Assembly (NCBI GenBank): GCA_050084515.1
Contig: CM114271.1
Coordinates: 34,100,001 to 34,164,000, forward strand
From: Blasia pusilla
Lineage: Eukaryota
DNA: 64,000 nucleotides
Direction: 5' to 3'
The notes under the pieces: model-generated
Databases searched by the model: none
The model's input: only the letters and a program-made list of their open reading frames with translations
Told to the model about the DNA's origin: nothing
Translations under genes and position numbers: made by a program
In this document: in pieces, positions 41,900-54,600 of the stretch
Layout of the letters: every line of letters starts with the position of its first letter
Numbering within the stretch: the stretch's first letter is position 1

Positions 41900-43030
41900 G
41901 GTAGAGTACGAGTAGTGCCACATTTGACTCAGAGAGAGCGCATTGTGCGACATGCCCATGAGGAGTTGGGACATTTTGGGGTAAAGCGTATGTATAGCTT
42001 ACTCCTTGGCCAGTATTGGTGGCGTGGCATGCATTCTCAGGTGCAGCAGTTGATGTCACGTTATATGGTTTGTGATCGGGTGAGGGCATCATTCAATGCC
42101 CCTACACCACAATTACACCCCTCGCCTATTATGGGGTTGAGTTATCGTTGGAGTGTGGACTTTGCGGGACCGTTACCGTTGACTGCACGACATCATCGAT
42201 ATGTGTTGGTGATGGTGGAGCACTTCTCCAAGTAGATTGAGTTGGTGGCATTACCGGACAAGGCAAGTGAGGGAACGGCGTATGCGTTTCTTGATAGAGT
42301 ACTTAGTCATTTTGGTGCACCAGCTGAAGTGTTGACCGACCAGGGTACAGAGTTTCAGGGTGAGTTTCATGTCTTGTGTAACAAGACGTTCATTGATCAT
42401 CGGACCACATCTCGAGATCATCCAGAGGCAGATGGTTTGGCTGAGCGTGTGGTTTAGACGGTGAAGAGGGCATTGCGCAAGTATGGCCTATAGAAGGGGC
42501 ATCTTGGAGACTAGGATATTCAGTTGCCATGGTTAGTCATGGGGTATAGGTTTAGTCGCCAAGCATCCTTGGCTTCCTTCTCACCTTATTTTCTGTTATA
42601 CGGCCGAGATCCAGACTTGCCAGCAGCAATTTGTCGGGAGTCTAGTGAGGTGGTGATCCTTGATGACCCAGAGATGTGGATGAGGATGTATTCTCAGCGG
42701 GCGGAGCTCTTTCGGAGAGTTATGCCAACAGCCTTTGAGAATCTTGCCATTGCTCAACACAGGGATACGTTGCGATATGCAACCATTCGGGGTGGAGATT
42801 ATCGACCATCGATTCGTAGGTTCCATGTGGGGGACTATGTCTATTTGCAGCAAATTGCACCGACAACATTGGATGTGACGGCAGGCCGCACTATTTTACG
42901 AGTGTGCAAGGTGTTAGCTTCTGGAGTTCTCATGTTGGAGGGTCGTGATGGAGTTGTTTGGAAGGACCATGTGCGTAATTGTGCGTCATGTCATCTTCCA
43001 AATGTGGATGGTATTGTTGACCCAAGCTTA
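41900..43030 (+). pseudogene. DDE integrase (HHCC zinc finger + rve core)
   Basis: HEELGHFG...YWW...CDR, WSVDFAGPLP (~42150), VLTDQGTEFQG (~42330), HPEADGLAER (~42420), SPYFLLYGR. Confidence 0.92.
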
Positions 43031-43054
43031 GTCATGATACGTGCTAGCTTGAGG

Positions 43055-43195
43055 TGCATGTTGTGTGGGTCTACTGGTAACGCAGCCCGTATGTTGGTGT
43101 GTGATCGGTGTTCTAGGGGTTGGCACATGATGTGTTTGACTCCACGTATGGATGTTGTTCCTACTGGAAGGTGGGTTTTTCCTCGATGTACTTAG
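43055..43195 (+). pseudogene. PHD finger at the integrase C-terminus
   Basis: CMLC...MLVCDRCSRGWHMMCLTP...GRWVFPRC is a C4HC3 pattern with one Cys mutated to Phe. Confidence 0.9.
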
Positions 43196-43358
43196 GAGAG
43201 GTAGATGACTTGATCTTTGCATGATATGGATTACAGATGTGCGACTAACAATGGGGCAACCTAGCACCCGACCTTCTGATTCGGGCACCCAAGAAGGTGT
43301 ATAGCATGTAGTAGATGTATAGGGCTACCTAGGAGTTAGAGAGACCTAACCGCCAGTT

Positions 43359-43369
43359 AGGGGGGCGAG
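43359..43369 (+). promoter_or_regulatory. Polypurine tract
   Basis: AGGGGGGCGAG immediately before B1 (TGTGG at 43371). Confidence 0.8.
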
Positions 43370-43370
43370 T

Positions 43371-43844
43371 TGTGGTACACTTGTGTTTGTGGATGTTCTC
43401 GTCTATGTTATGTATGTATGTGAGTATGGTATGTCAACGATGTATGTTGTATGACGATGTGGATTCGCACGACAGCTGTCATGACCATACGGATTATGTC
43501 GTAGAGTATAGTGTGCTAGTAGAGGCCATTCCTTATGTAGGACCGTAGTGGCTTGGTAGAGATGCGGTTTCATACATATGGTTGGGGGTTACTCAGTTGG
43601 GGGTGACTTTCCCAATAGGGCCCGCTCTTAGGTTGGAGGATATAAGGTGGAGGGCACTCAAAGAACAGTCAGTTCTTTGAGTTGAGCCTGTTGCGTTGGG
43701 AGTTAGCCTTGGTAGTGAGTAGAGCTCTTGGCTATGGTGTTTCCCGCAAGCTTCGACATAGATTCTCCCATCGTGGAGTGGGTTTGGCTCGATTGTATGT
43801 GATTCTATACGTGTTTTATGATAGTAGGTCTTTCACGGATTTCA
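43371..43844 (+). repeat. Complete LTR unit B1-GC-A2 (474 bp, TG...CA)
   Basis: Begins right after the PPT and ends at the same CA that precedes the PBS in A1. Contains the internal palindrome GACAGCTGTC at 43471-43480. Confidence 0.9.
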
Positions 43845-43846
43845 GT

Positions 43847-43950
43847 TGTGGTACACTTGTGTTTGTGGATGCTCTCGTCTATGTTATGTATGTATATGAG
43901 TATGGTATGTCAGCGATGTATGTTGTATGACGATGTGGATTCGCACGACA
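43847..43950 (+). repeat. Repeat B2 (104 bp), right terminus
   Basis: Matches B1 43371-43474 with 3 substitutions. Joined to A2 by CA-GT-TG. Confidence 0.95.
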
Positions 43951-46900
43951 ATACTTTTTCTTATTTGAAAACAATATTCATAACATATGGCTTTCATGGA
44001 GATAAACTTGTATGAATTGGTCTTATTTTTTGCATTAGTAATTTCATTTCATTAATAAAAATTTATAATATATTAAATAAGGAAATATTTTTATTTTCCT
44101 TAAGATTATGTATATGATTGTAGAAAATAGGCATAAACCTGAAAATGTAAATTTTTTACTTAGATTTCTTATTTCTATTTTTTAATTCTAGTAAAATCAA
44201 AGGCATTGATGTCCCGTTTACATATTAATTTTTTAGCATGGTTGATTTTTTAAATTATAAAAAAAATCAATCAATATTTCTAGAATTTTAAGAAATAACT
44301 CCAAATCTAGGAAATAAAAATATATCTTACTATTCCTATATGAAATTTTACTTCTTTTCATAACTATTCCCTCTTCTTTTAATATTAAAATAAATGAGAC
44401 TTGTGAATGTTTCATATATTTTGACCTTATCATTTGCAACTTAGTAAGTAATAATGGAAAAACCATCTCTCAAAATAATTTTTGAAATAAGTACAAAAAT
44501 GCAATATGGGGAGTTGGAGAAGATCCTATATATTAGCAAAAACAATTATTAGAATATTTTGAAAGAAATAATTTACAAAATTAAATTGGAAATAATCTCT
44601 ATTATGGTGACTAAATTTTGAGAGAAGCTTAGGGTAAGATTGGAGTGGCAAGGATGATTAATGGAAATTTCATGCAGATACTTGGTCAAAGTCTATGACC
44701 ACAAAAAATTTCATGTAAGACCTTACCCATTGTCATTATCATAGAAAGTAGGTTGTGTTTAATATGGATTAGCTTATTCATGTTTCTTTATGAATTTGGA
44801 AGACTTGGAAATAATTTCATCAACTATTTTCCAAAGTTTTAATGATATGCAAATCATTGATCTAAAATAAGAAGGGATGATATAGCTATAATACATATCG
44901 GTGAACAACCCACACCTTGCACAAGGATAAATCATTCTTCACAAAAATTAAAAAAGAAAATATCCTTTCATTCAAGTAATGATAATATAGATTCTTCTAT
45001 TGCATCCTCTTATTCCATCTTTTTACATGTAGAGAGGTTCTTCATATACATATTAAAAATTGTGGAAATTTACTTCCCGTTGGACCAAAATTCAATCTTT
45101 ACGGCCCCGACGATAATTCCCTTTTTTTCCCTGTCCATCTGGTCTATCCACATGTCCTCTATACTTGTTCACTAATTACTTCCTCTCCCACCCCTCTCAA
45201 GGAACCCCATACTGGTTTTACGTAATAACAAAAATTGAATTATAATTATTCTTTTCCTAAAAACTTTCATTCATCAAAGATTTATTTTGGTTATCATGTT
45301 TTCATGCAAGTGGATGAGCGTGACATATTAACCCACATACAAAGGTCTAGAGAGGAAAAAGTAATAACTAGATTGGAGATACATAAGTGCCATGAGGAGA
45401 TGTTAAACCTTCTCTTGTTTGCTTCGTAGTTGTTCTTAAGTGCTCCACAACACAACTAGAATTGATGAATTATCATCGCCTCCCACCTAGTTTAAGAGAT
45501 GCATCTCAAGTCTTTTCTGATAGTCCATATTCTTAAAATATATTGCGTTCCACCAATTTAATTTGGATCTTTATGTCGTAATCAACCGTGTTGCTTGCAC
45601 CTTTCAGAGCGTCGGGAATGGGGGTCGGAAAAGTTTAGGGTGAGGAAAAAATTACGGGTCATATATAAACTCTTGGATTTCCCAGTGGAAATTAAAAATA
45701 CGCCGACCGGCTTATTAACCGGCGGCTCTAAAATAACCAGTGAATCCACGTCAGTGAATAATACTGAATATGCGCACTGCAGTTGCCCTCCAAGGACTCG
45801 GGAGAATCGAAGGTCCGGAAACGCGGTCCTCCGACGTTCATCGAACGGTCCAGATTACGCGATGGGCGGACGCTCTGGTCTATGAATCTAGGAAGAAAAG
45901 AGGTAGTAAGACTCAAGCGTTCGAAAACTGCTACCGAGCAGCCGCCGGCTTCCCATTGGTAGCTAGGCCTGTTAAAGTTAGCGTGTACGGTAGAAGCGTC
46001 CACGTGGATTACCACACGGCGCAGGAACGACTGTCGCCCGCCCACGCACGCAGTTACCGGTCCGCGCAATCACGACCGCGAGTCCGAGGCCACGAAGAAG
46101 CTGGTGGTCCCGGTCCGGCCTCCTGCCACATAGTCATGACTCCGCTTGCCACGTCCCGACTCCCGGTCCCTCGAGCCTTCACAGCCGTAGGCGTCCCCGT
46201 CAAGTTGTCTAGTACGCAGAGTTGTCCGCCGAAATTGAGGCCGCGCTCTGCCGCCATTCCCCATCAACTGGATCGGAATCCACCTCCACGCAACAACAAC
46301 GATTTCGAGAACCGGCTTTGTTTTGATTCATTGTTTGGCGTGTCTGTGAATCTCTCTCTCTCTCTATCTCGCTCTGGGAGACCGATTCTGGTGAGGCGGG
46401 AGGAGTTTCAAGAGGAAAGGAGAGAGCCAGAGAGAGAGAGAGCTATACAACGATTGAAAAGTGTGTAAGCCGCCGGAGATCGGTTGCTTGATTGCGTGTA
46501 GGATCGTCGATTCGGCGGCGGGCTGCTGCGGTTGATGATCTTTTCTGCGTCTGTGGCCTGCGGTGGTGGGATTCAAGCGTGAACGGTTGGAATCCCGAAA
46601 GGTGAGGGGGGGAGACGAGCAGCGGCGGAAGTGGTGGTAGAACTGAGAGAGGGAGCGGGAAGAAAACAATCTCAGATTTGTCTGGTTCAACACAGTCGGG
46701 ATTTGGTCAATTCGGAAAAGTTGCCCACACACGCTCCCTTGGAGTAGATTGTCCGCCCCCTCCACGGTGCCTTCCCACTCACGGTGGTCCACCGATAGAC
46801 TGGTCCCCTGCGTCCTCTCGTTGGAGAAGTCTTTAACTCAGAGGGCATGTAGATAGGCGATTAATTGTACTGTCTCCCTCCAGACACAATCAGACGGAGA

Positions 46901-49900
46901 GAGAGAGAGAGAGAGGGTTGAACTTCTCCGTGGAAGTAATGGGTGTCTCTTTATGCCACAGCCATGCGAGAATCGTAGGCAAACACTCTCACTCCAATCC
47001 GAAAGATCCATTCCCGGGAGTTCAAACTGCTGCACCGATCGTGGCATTTCGAAGGGAGAATACTGCTCCAATTTCCACCCTGAGCAACGAGGAAAATTCT
47101 GATTTCAGGTCCAGCAGGTACCGTCTTACCAATCCAATTCAGGCTCCTGGAAGTCAAACTCCCTTGAGCTCCAACTGCTCTTGGCAAATGAGGGTGGTGC
47201 CGATTCACCTGAATGACGATTAGGCTGCTGCGTCGTGATTGTTGTCCATAGTCCTAAAGGGTTTGCAGAGAACGTCGAATCTATTTCAATTTTACAACTT
47301 TGTGTCATCTACCGTGGCAGTTTACTGTCTAAGCTGGTCAGTCTGAATTAGGTTCCCACTTCAAGGCTGTGCTGTACCCGTACCCCATCGTGTATGAAGC
47401 CAATTCAGTTCTTTAATCTGTATCGAATGTCCTCTTTTCTGGAACAGGTGTGTCCGATGGGTGACTTTGGCAGCTACAGCTGCAGTTGGTTTATCGCTGG
47501 CTGCAACTGCACCTGCTGGTATGGCTGCAGAGGTGGACGCTTCCACCAACGTAATATCGCACTTGGTTCCGGGAGACTACAGCTTGAGTATAGCAATTCC
47601 TATCCCTGATCAAGAAACATGGATATTTTCAACCTACGGATTTCTCGCTCCTCCCCCGAGAAGTATTAGTGGAGGAGGAATTTCTATTATGCAGTACCAA
47701 GGGGGTTGTCCTTCATGGCATCCAACCCAATTCGAGAGAGTAGTTCCAGACGGTCTTCATTCCAAGTCTTTTCCCCGACAGGGAACCCAGTGGCCTGCTC
47801 TCTACACCCTCGAGGAGGCTACCATCGAGTACGGCGCCATGGACTCACCTGACCCAAGCATAAAGTACGCTTCGATAATAGATGTACTCCTCAAGATGTC
47901 GGACAATGGCCTCACTTGCTTCAGCCTCTAGCACTACCATCGATCTCATGATCAGAACGCTGCCATTTTGATGAACTGGTGATATTCAAAAGCTGCAGAT
48001 CACTCAGGAGCCTGAAATCATCACTCGCAGCGAAGTTCTCATCGGGGAGGATTTCTAGTTAAGCCCCGATTCCTTGCATAAACAATCTACATGCGGACTC
48101 GTGCAGCTCATAGATTGTTCGCGCTTCTCTGAGAGAGGAATCTGGAGATTATCTTCCTCAAATTTGGCGAAATTACTCCATTGAATTAGACCTCGTACGG
48201 GACAGTATGGGCGGATCACGCTTAGAATTGGACTCGGGTCGAGATCTAGAAGGTTAATGATATGCCATACTAGCCCAACTCGTCATGATCCCCGAGGATT
48301 CATTCACTTCTCATGCGGTTCATGTCAATACTCGATCTACATGAGAGTTACTTTTGTACATTACGTAGTAGCGGGCGATCGACATATGTGTATTGTTGTA
48401 GGCCATGGCAATTGTAAGTTAAACCTGCCGTGGTTTCTTGTATTATAATCACATCATTAGATATGAACACCTGCAAACTGGAGGATTCTTGGATGTACAG
48501 GATTATTTGTACAAACGTTTGACGAACTTCAAAGTCGCTTCGCACGTTCGAAGTCCCAATAAAGTATGCAAATAATATGAAACCTGTGTGGCGTCTTGAC
48601 AGAATCTGTTCTTCTGCCATGGTAGTGATTTCCAGTTCGATGTTAATTGCCTCTCTTTGAAGGATCTGCTTCTTTGAATTTGCTTCTATGGGTCATCCCT
48701 TCACGTTTATCAAGTTTGTTCTATGGCATGGATTGTATTAGAGCTCCAGTTCTAGATCCTTGAAATCAGCTACACATCTTTCTTAGAAGAAACTAGGAAA
48801 ATTAGACTTTATTTGGGTCGAAACTCAGGTTTTGTGTCCCCTTTTGATATGAGGGTCCTCCCATTTCTCTTACCCAACATGAACCAACTCTTTTTCTTTC
48901 TCTTCAAAAAAGAAAAAGAATGGGGAGACCATGGTACATTGGGAGGCTAGAGGCTTCTCTATGATAATCGAAGCTATAGGCTTCTCTTCAGCTCAAAGAT
49001 TCTTCTTCGTGCCAAGACCTTTGTCAACATCTCGAAGCTTCTCCATGACATCAAAGCTCCACAACACATAGACGTTAAAGGGGTGATCAACTTCGAAGGT
49101 GACCATAGATTCACCGCTCTACATCATGGTCTCATTAGGTTCCTTTTGGGAACGTGCAAATTTTATCACCTATTTCCAGATGTAGATTGTTTTGTTTTCC
49201 AGTGGAACCTGTTATTGTATGGAAAGCCATATTACATTGCTCTACTTCTAATCCGTGTTTGCTAGCTCTACTTCTAATCCGTGTTCTCTTCGAACTCTCC
49301 AATGGTGGAGTTTGTCTTCGCCTTAAGGTATAGGAGTGAACTCCCATAGTTATGGGTCTTCCTTAGAATATATGAGGTCTCTTGATTTATGAAAAAGATT
49401 AGGAAAAAAAATATCAATTGAGGTGTATGGAGTGTTAATTAGTGCTTGTACATTCCTAAAGCAGATGCACGAGTATAAATTTTCCCATACAATCTTAACA
49501 TATTTAAAAATTATCTTCGAAAGGAATGCATAATCATTTGAGCTTTGGAAGGCTTCAAGCCAACATGGAAGACTTTTTCAACCATAATAATATAGATTGA
49601 GGAGGTTTTGTTTTAATATGGATTGGATCACATGAACAAGTTTTTGGTTTTATGAGTCTTGGTGTTTTTTACCTAGAAACTAGCTTGATAGGGAGGGAAA
49701 TCAATACGACACCGAATACAAAATATTGACACAAAGTGGAGAGAGTTTGAATAATAGTAAATTTGTTCACATGATCACATCTCCATTCAATGTCGGATTG
49801 AGCAAGTTTAAGGGGATAACTTGCATTTTGTAATTTGAATCGAGTTAGCACCCATAGATGACCAAAATACATGGCAGCATGAGAAAGAGAATCGCATAGT

Positions 49901-50492
49901 AAGGTCTAGTAGTAGGGGGTGTTGTAATAATACTTTTCATGCCCTTTGATGAATGGTTAAGAAAAAATCCACTTCGTCTCATTTTGAGAAACTTTATTTT
50001 TTAAAACCCTACATTCCTTCATTTTGAAAACCTTCATCCCAAATACTTATAGGGCAAGAAAAGAAGAGAAATTTTTCACCCCCTCATTTTGGAAAAAAAA
50101 CTCCTCTTCCCATCCTTAAGTACAAAAAAGTTTCCCCAAAACCTCAACTTTTCATTTAGAAAAAGGAAAAACGCAAAACTATCATCATCCCTCCTTCCCA
50201 TAAGTTATCCTTAAATATAATTGTTTCTTCCTCTTACCTTTTCATTGTTATCCTTTTTCTTTTAAAGATTTTAAATGAGAATTTTAAATGTTGCTAGTTT
50301 TTTATAGCTACTTGTGGATTCTCCAGTAATGATATAGAATTTAAAATATTTGATGAAAAATATTTATTTAATAGTTTCTTTTATTATGGTATATATCTTA
50401 TTTAGAAGTTTCAATATGTTTCCAACATAATAAGTTATGTGGATGGTGAGATTGATGTACATTTTGTACTCATGGGTATGTGCGTGACACAC

Positions 50493-51187
50493 TATTGTGC
50501 ACATTCACTTCGCTACACAACCCAGATTGCTAGTCATATCTACACAAAATCGATCTTCCCAACACACGGGTAGATCCACATACATACAAAAATGAACTCA
50601 TGCATGTACACCAAAACCACACAACAAAATCAACGTAAAAATGGCTCACACAGCCAAGTGCACTCTCGAATCTACACATCATATTAAGCCATATCCACCC
50701 TCCACTATATGGGAATCCAGATTCTAGCACCCTAGTTCCTACCAAACACTAAGCAAGATAGATGATCTAAAGGCTCAATATGAGAACGATTGCTTTTGAA
50801 AGCCTAATCTTCCTCTCTTATACCGTTGGGAAGATGTAGAAGCTTTTCCCCAAAAAATAGCCATCCAAATGGTAACATGCGTGCACAGGTTATTGGGTGA
50901 TCCTTAACTTGGTCAAAAAGTTACCAAACCAAAAATAGCAAAAGAGGGCATTTTTCATAAACGATGATTCCAATGCAACAGACCTGTCGTCAACCTCATC
51001 TGAAACTTCACGACATAGTTACACTTGAAAATCCCGTTGATCCCCTATATTAGTTGACACGGTAGAACTCTATCTGTCAACTAACTAAGATGTGACAGTT
51101 GTCATGCACATACATATCACTACATAATCCAAATCGCTAGTCACATCCACAAAATGCACAACAATGATCTTCCCAACACATAGGTAG
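50493..51187 (-). mobile_element. B-A-B type 3' end of another, older split-LTR element
   Basis: Degenerate direct repeat 50493-~50573 vs 51100-51187 (shared GCTAGTCA and GATCTTCCCAACACA..GGTAG). Junction GACA-GT-TGTC at 51094-51103. Confidence 0.55.
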
Positions 51188-51515
51188 TGTTGAAATTAGA
51201 ATTCTAATTCTCTTATATCGCACTTTTAAAACTTTAAAAGCACAAAAAGATCCCGATAAGATCTTTCGTTGAACCATGTACATAAGGGTAATCACTTACA
51301 AACCTGAAAGAGCAAATTTGAAATGGAATATATGTTGAACTAGTCTACAAATTCTATTGAGAATTAGGTGATTTGCAAAGAAATATCTTATTAGAATCCA
51401 CAACACTTGAAGAGAGGTGGTCCGAACCAAGGTACTAGAGTATATGGCAGATTGGTTCTTGGAGCATTCTCCACACCAATGCTTATTCCTTCTTAGTTGA
51501 TCAAGGCACCAACAT

Positions 51516-51519
<4 letters not shown>

Positions 51520-51610
<91 letters not shown>
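51520..51610. repeat. (GA)~45 microsatellite
   Basis: Direct observation. Confidence 0.98.
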
Positions 51611-51611
<1 letters not shown>

Positions 51612-51649
51612 ACGATATCAAATAAAAAATAAGTAGCTTAACTCTATGG

Positions 51650-54600
51650 TTGGAGAAAAGCGTATTATCGGCGACCCGGCTAGAGCGGTCGTGGCTATGG
51701 ACACTCCTCTCCATAGAAATTTCACGAATGGGAGCATCCTCTGCATGGACATGTCTCTCAATCAAATCACTAGGCCAAGTGATGGCACTGCTAAATGCTG
51801 CTAAGGTTGCCATCTCTCCTGGACGTCGCTCGATCACTGCACATGTGAATCGAACGGGTAATGATCTAAGGCGCCCATCTCCTGACTCCCATCCTGGTCT
51901 GTCGAACGCTCACTTCTCCCTGTAATCTAGGGAAAACCCCATCGGATATAACATTGCTCCACCAACCAAGACGTCGTAGGACTCTGCATCAGTCACTATC
52001 GCCTTGGCTCGCACCACAGACTCATCTGTAGGATGTCCTAGGCGAATCCTCACTACAACCTCCTGTCGGGTGATATACTGTGTGGTACTCGCTCCACCCA
52101 AGGATGTCTGTATCCGAAATGGACAATGCTCCACATCAACTCTTGTCAAGCCCAATCCTCTCCATGATGCTTTCCCCAACATCAGGGGTTGCGCTCCTGA
52201 ATCCAAAAAGACATGTTGCAGACTAAAAGCTCTATCTCCTAGACTCACAAACTGGAAGACCTCTCCCCAATTATCCAGCAACACAACACTAGGAGAAGCC
52301 ATGGCACGCTCTATCGCGGGTCTAGCGGGCATCTCCGCTATCCTACCAGCCGCAGCCTGCCATGAATCTGATGTGGACGGCCTGAGCATCCGCTCCAAGG
52401 GCAGGTCATTCACATCCTCTGCAATCACCTCTGAACGTGATGTAGGAACTCCAACTCCACACTCACATAGCATAGCGGCCAGCCAGAAAATCTATACAAG
52501 AGTATCTCCCAACATCATAACATTGGAAGCAGTAAACAACGGAGCACGATACACCATCATGGCCGCCCCCAACATCGTACTCGACATATCCTCCTCTTGA
52601 GCATCAGCAATAGGAGTCATCGCACTCGCTTCTCCCATCATCCTCCGTACCTGCACACCAATAACATCACCAACTCTCCAGGAACTCTCATCAGGACCCA
52701 TCGATGCGGTCCTCAAGTAGCCTCGTCTGTTTCCTGGCTTCCCCTCGCTGTGGATCCAACTCTACGGCTGCTCCACGCGTCATAATTGCGGCAGCCTCCA
52801 TCTGGGAAATCCCACACATCCAACCAAGATCCTCCACATCTCTGGCTGCTCCATATGATGTCGATGCCACGGATCCAGCATCGGCTAACCTCAATGCCAT
52901 AGCGGCAATCTGCTCTTGTAACTGCTGTATCTGAGCAGCCATCCCAGCCTCACGCTCGGCTGAGGTCTCTGTGGCACGGCCTTTTGGTATTCTCCTTGAG
53001 CTCGTGGTGCCACAATTGACCTATCTCGGAGTCCACGTTGTTGCACTGGTGGTGTTGCCATGCCTCAATCTCCTGGGCATATCTGTGGGAGAACTCATGG
53101 TAATCGTCCATGGGTGCCTCCTCTAAATGCTAGAACATACCGTTCCATGTTGTAAATGGGTTGAACTCTCTAGAGTTCCTAGCCCCTTGTGAGTCGCACC
53201 AACTCCTAAACTCCCCAATGAAGTCGTGTAGCTCTATAGTGCCTATAGCACCCGAAAACCTATGTGGTCCTCTACCCGGGTCGTCCATCTTGTATGCCCA
53301 ACTGGTAGGACCACTCAATGTGTACGGTGGATCACTAACACACTCCTCTACACGCTCCCCCTCATCAGAAGACGACATAGAAGGAGATCGAAGTGGTCTC
53401 TCACGTGGAGACCCTTGAAACCTCGCACCACTCCGAGTAAACCCTCTAGAGCTACTCTCAAGTCCACTACCTCGCCTCCCAAAATCCCGAAAGGATGCCG
53501 TGATGGCCCTCGTGCCCCTCTCACACGATCACTCTCAATCTCGCAAGTCATCCCTCAATCACTAAAACTAAACATGTGGCACTCAATGTACACTCTCTCA
53601 TTGAGACGTGTGTTGTGCGGCAACAAGCAGCGCAGTCCGGAAAATCAACTGATCTATCGTCTCATTGACAAACCATCCCCAACTCTGGACATCCCACACA
53701 AGTCTATGTCCCCTAAACCCATACATCATCGATGCTCTCAGCATCAACACAAAACCCAATATCCCAAATAACTTCCCAATATCCAAAAATCCCTCACACG
53801 TGCAGGGTAAGAGACCAAAATGGGTAACCTGACAATAAATGTCGATGCGCTCCCCGGCAACTGCAAATATCGACCCCAACTTGGTGGTGAAGAGAACTCC
53901 TCCAATCAGCAAGTTGTACTCCTCTCATACTGACGCCGCTCAAACCTCCTCAATATGCGATGCAGGTCCAGCCCTCCGGTGCGGCACTGGCGGCACGGAA
54001 AGGCTACAAACGGTACGACACTCGGGAATGGGATGCGGAACTTGGCAGCATACCCTCCTCAATCAGAAATTCACACGCTCTGCTCCTTAGTGAAGGAGCG
54101 GCTCCGCTCGGTTCGGCCACGAGCGGCACGACGCGGAAATTGGCGTCGCGTTGCGGCTACATGCGTCACGGCACGGTACTCGATCGTCGCAACATAGCAG
54201 CATGAAATAAAAACTCAAACACCATAACCTGAGGTCACGTGCCATCATTGGTTGATGACAAAACTGCGATGACGGTGGCAACCAAAACAAAGTACGTGAT
54301 GGTGGCGCAAGTCAGAGAATCAACAGTCATCGTGGAAGACCCTTCACTCCGTAATGGCGGCAATGCCAACCTAGGGTGGAAAACGGCCGAACGTGGCTCT
54401 AAGCAGCGCTAGGCGGCGGCGGCGGCCGACGGTGGATGGTGGACGATGACGGTTGATCATTGATGGTGATGTCGGACCATTGACAGTGACGGTTGACCAT
54501 CGATTATGATGGTTGATGGTGACTATGACGACGACGGCCGGCGGCGGCACGACAGCTGGTTTAGGGTTTGAACAATTTAACCCTAAAAATCGCCTAACAA

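Larger units (their letters stand above)
34132..43950 (+). mobile_element. Near-complete Ty3/Gypsy-type retrotransposon (family 1) with split repeats A-internal-B-A-B, encoding gag-PR-DNMT-RT-RH-IN-PHD
   Basis: Termini TGTCATGA...GCACGACA, with flanks ATAT / ATAC (probable 4-bp TSD, 1 mismatch). Repeats are A1 34132-34499, B1 43371-43474, A2 43477-43844 and B2 43847-43950. The pol domain order is Ty3-like. The ORF is broken by stops and frameshifts. Confidence 0.93.

Noticed and set aside
43473-43478. CAGCTG at the junction as the DNMT recognition site
   Set aside because: The equivalent junction at 51094-51103 has a different spacer (GT/AC), so only GACA/TGTC is conserved.
34132-43950. Classifying the element as DIRS/PAT/Ngaro because of the split direct repeats and a methyltransferase
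   Set aside because: It has an aspartic protease, Ty3-type RT/RH, an HHCC-DDE integrase, a PPT and TG..CA ends. I saw no tyrosine recombinase motifs, and the MTase is C5-type (PCQ/ENV), not the adenine MTase of DIRS.
45770-46468. 232-aa ORF
   Set aside because: No recognisable domain; it lies in a GC-rich promoter/UTR-like sequence and is probably a chance ORF.
51296-51837. Poly-(LS) ORFs
   Set aside because: Artefact of the (GA)n microsatellite.
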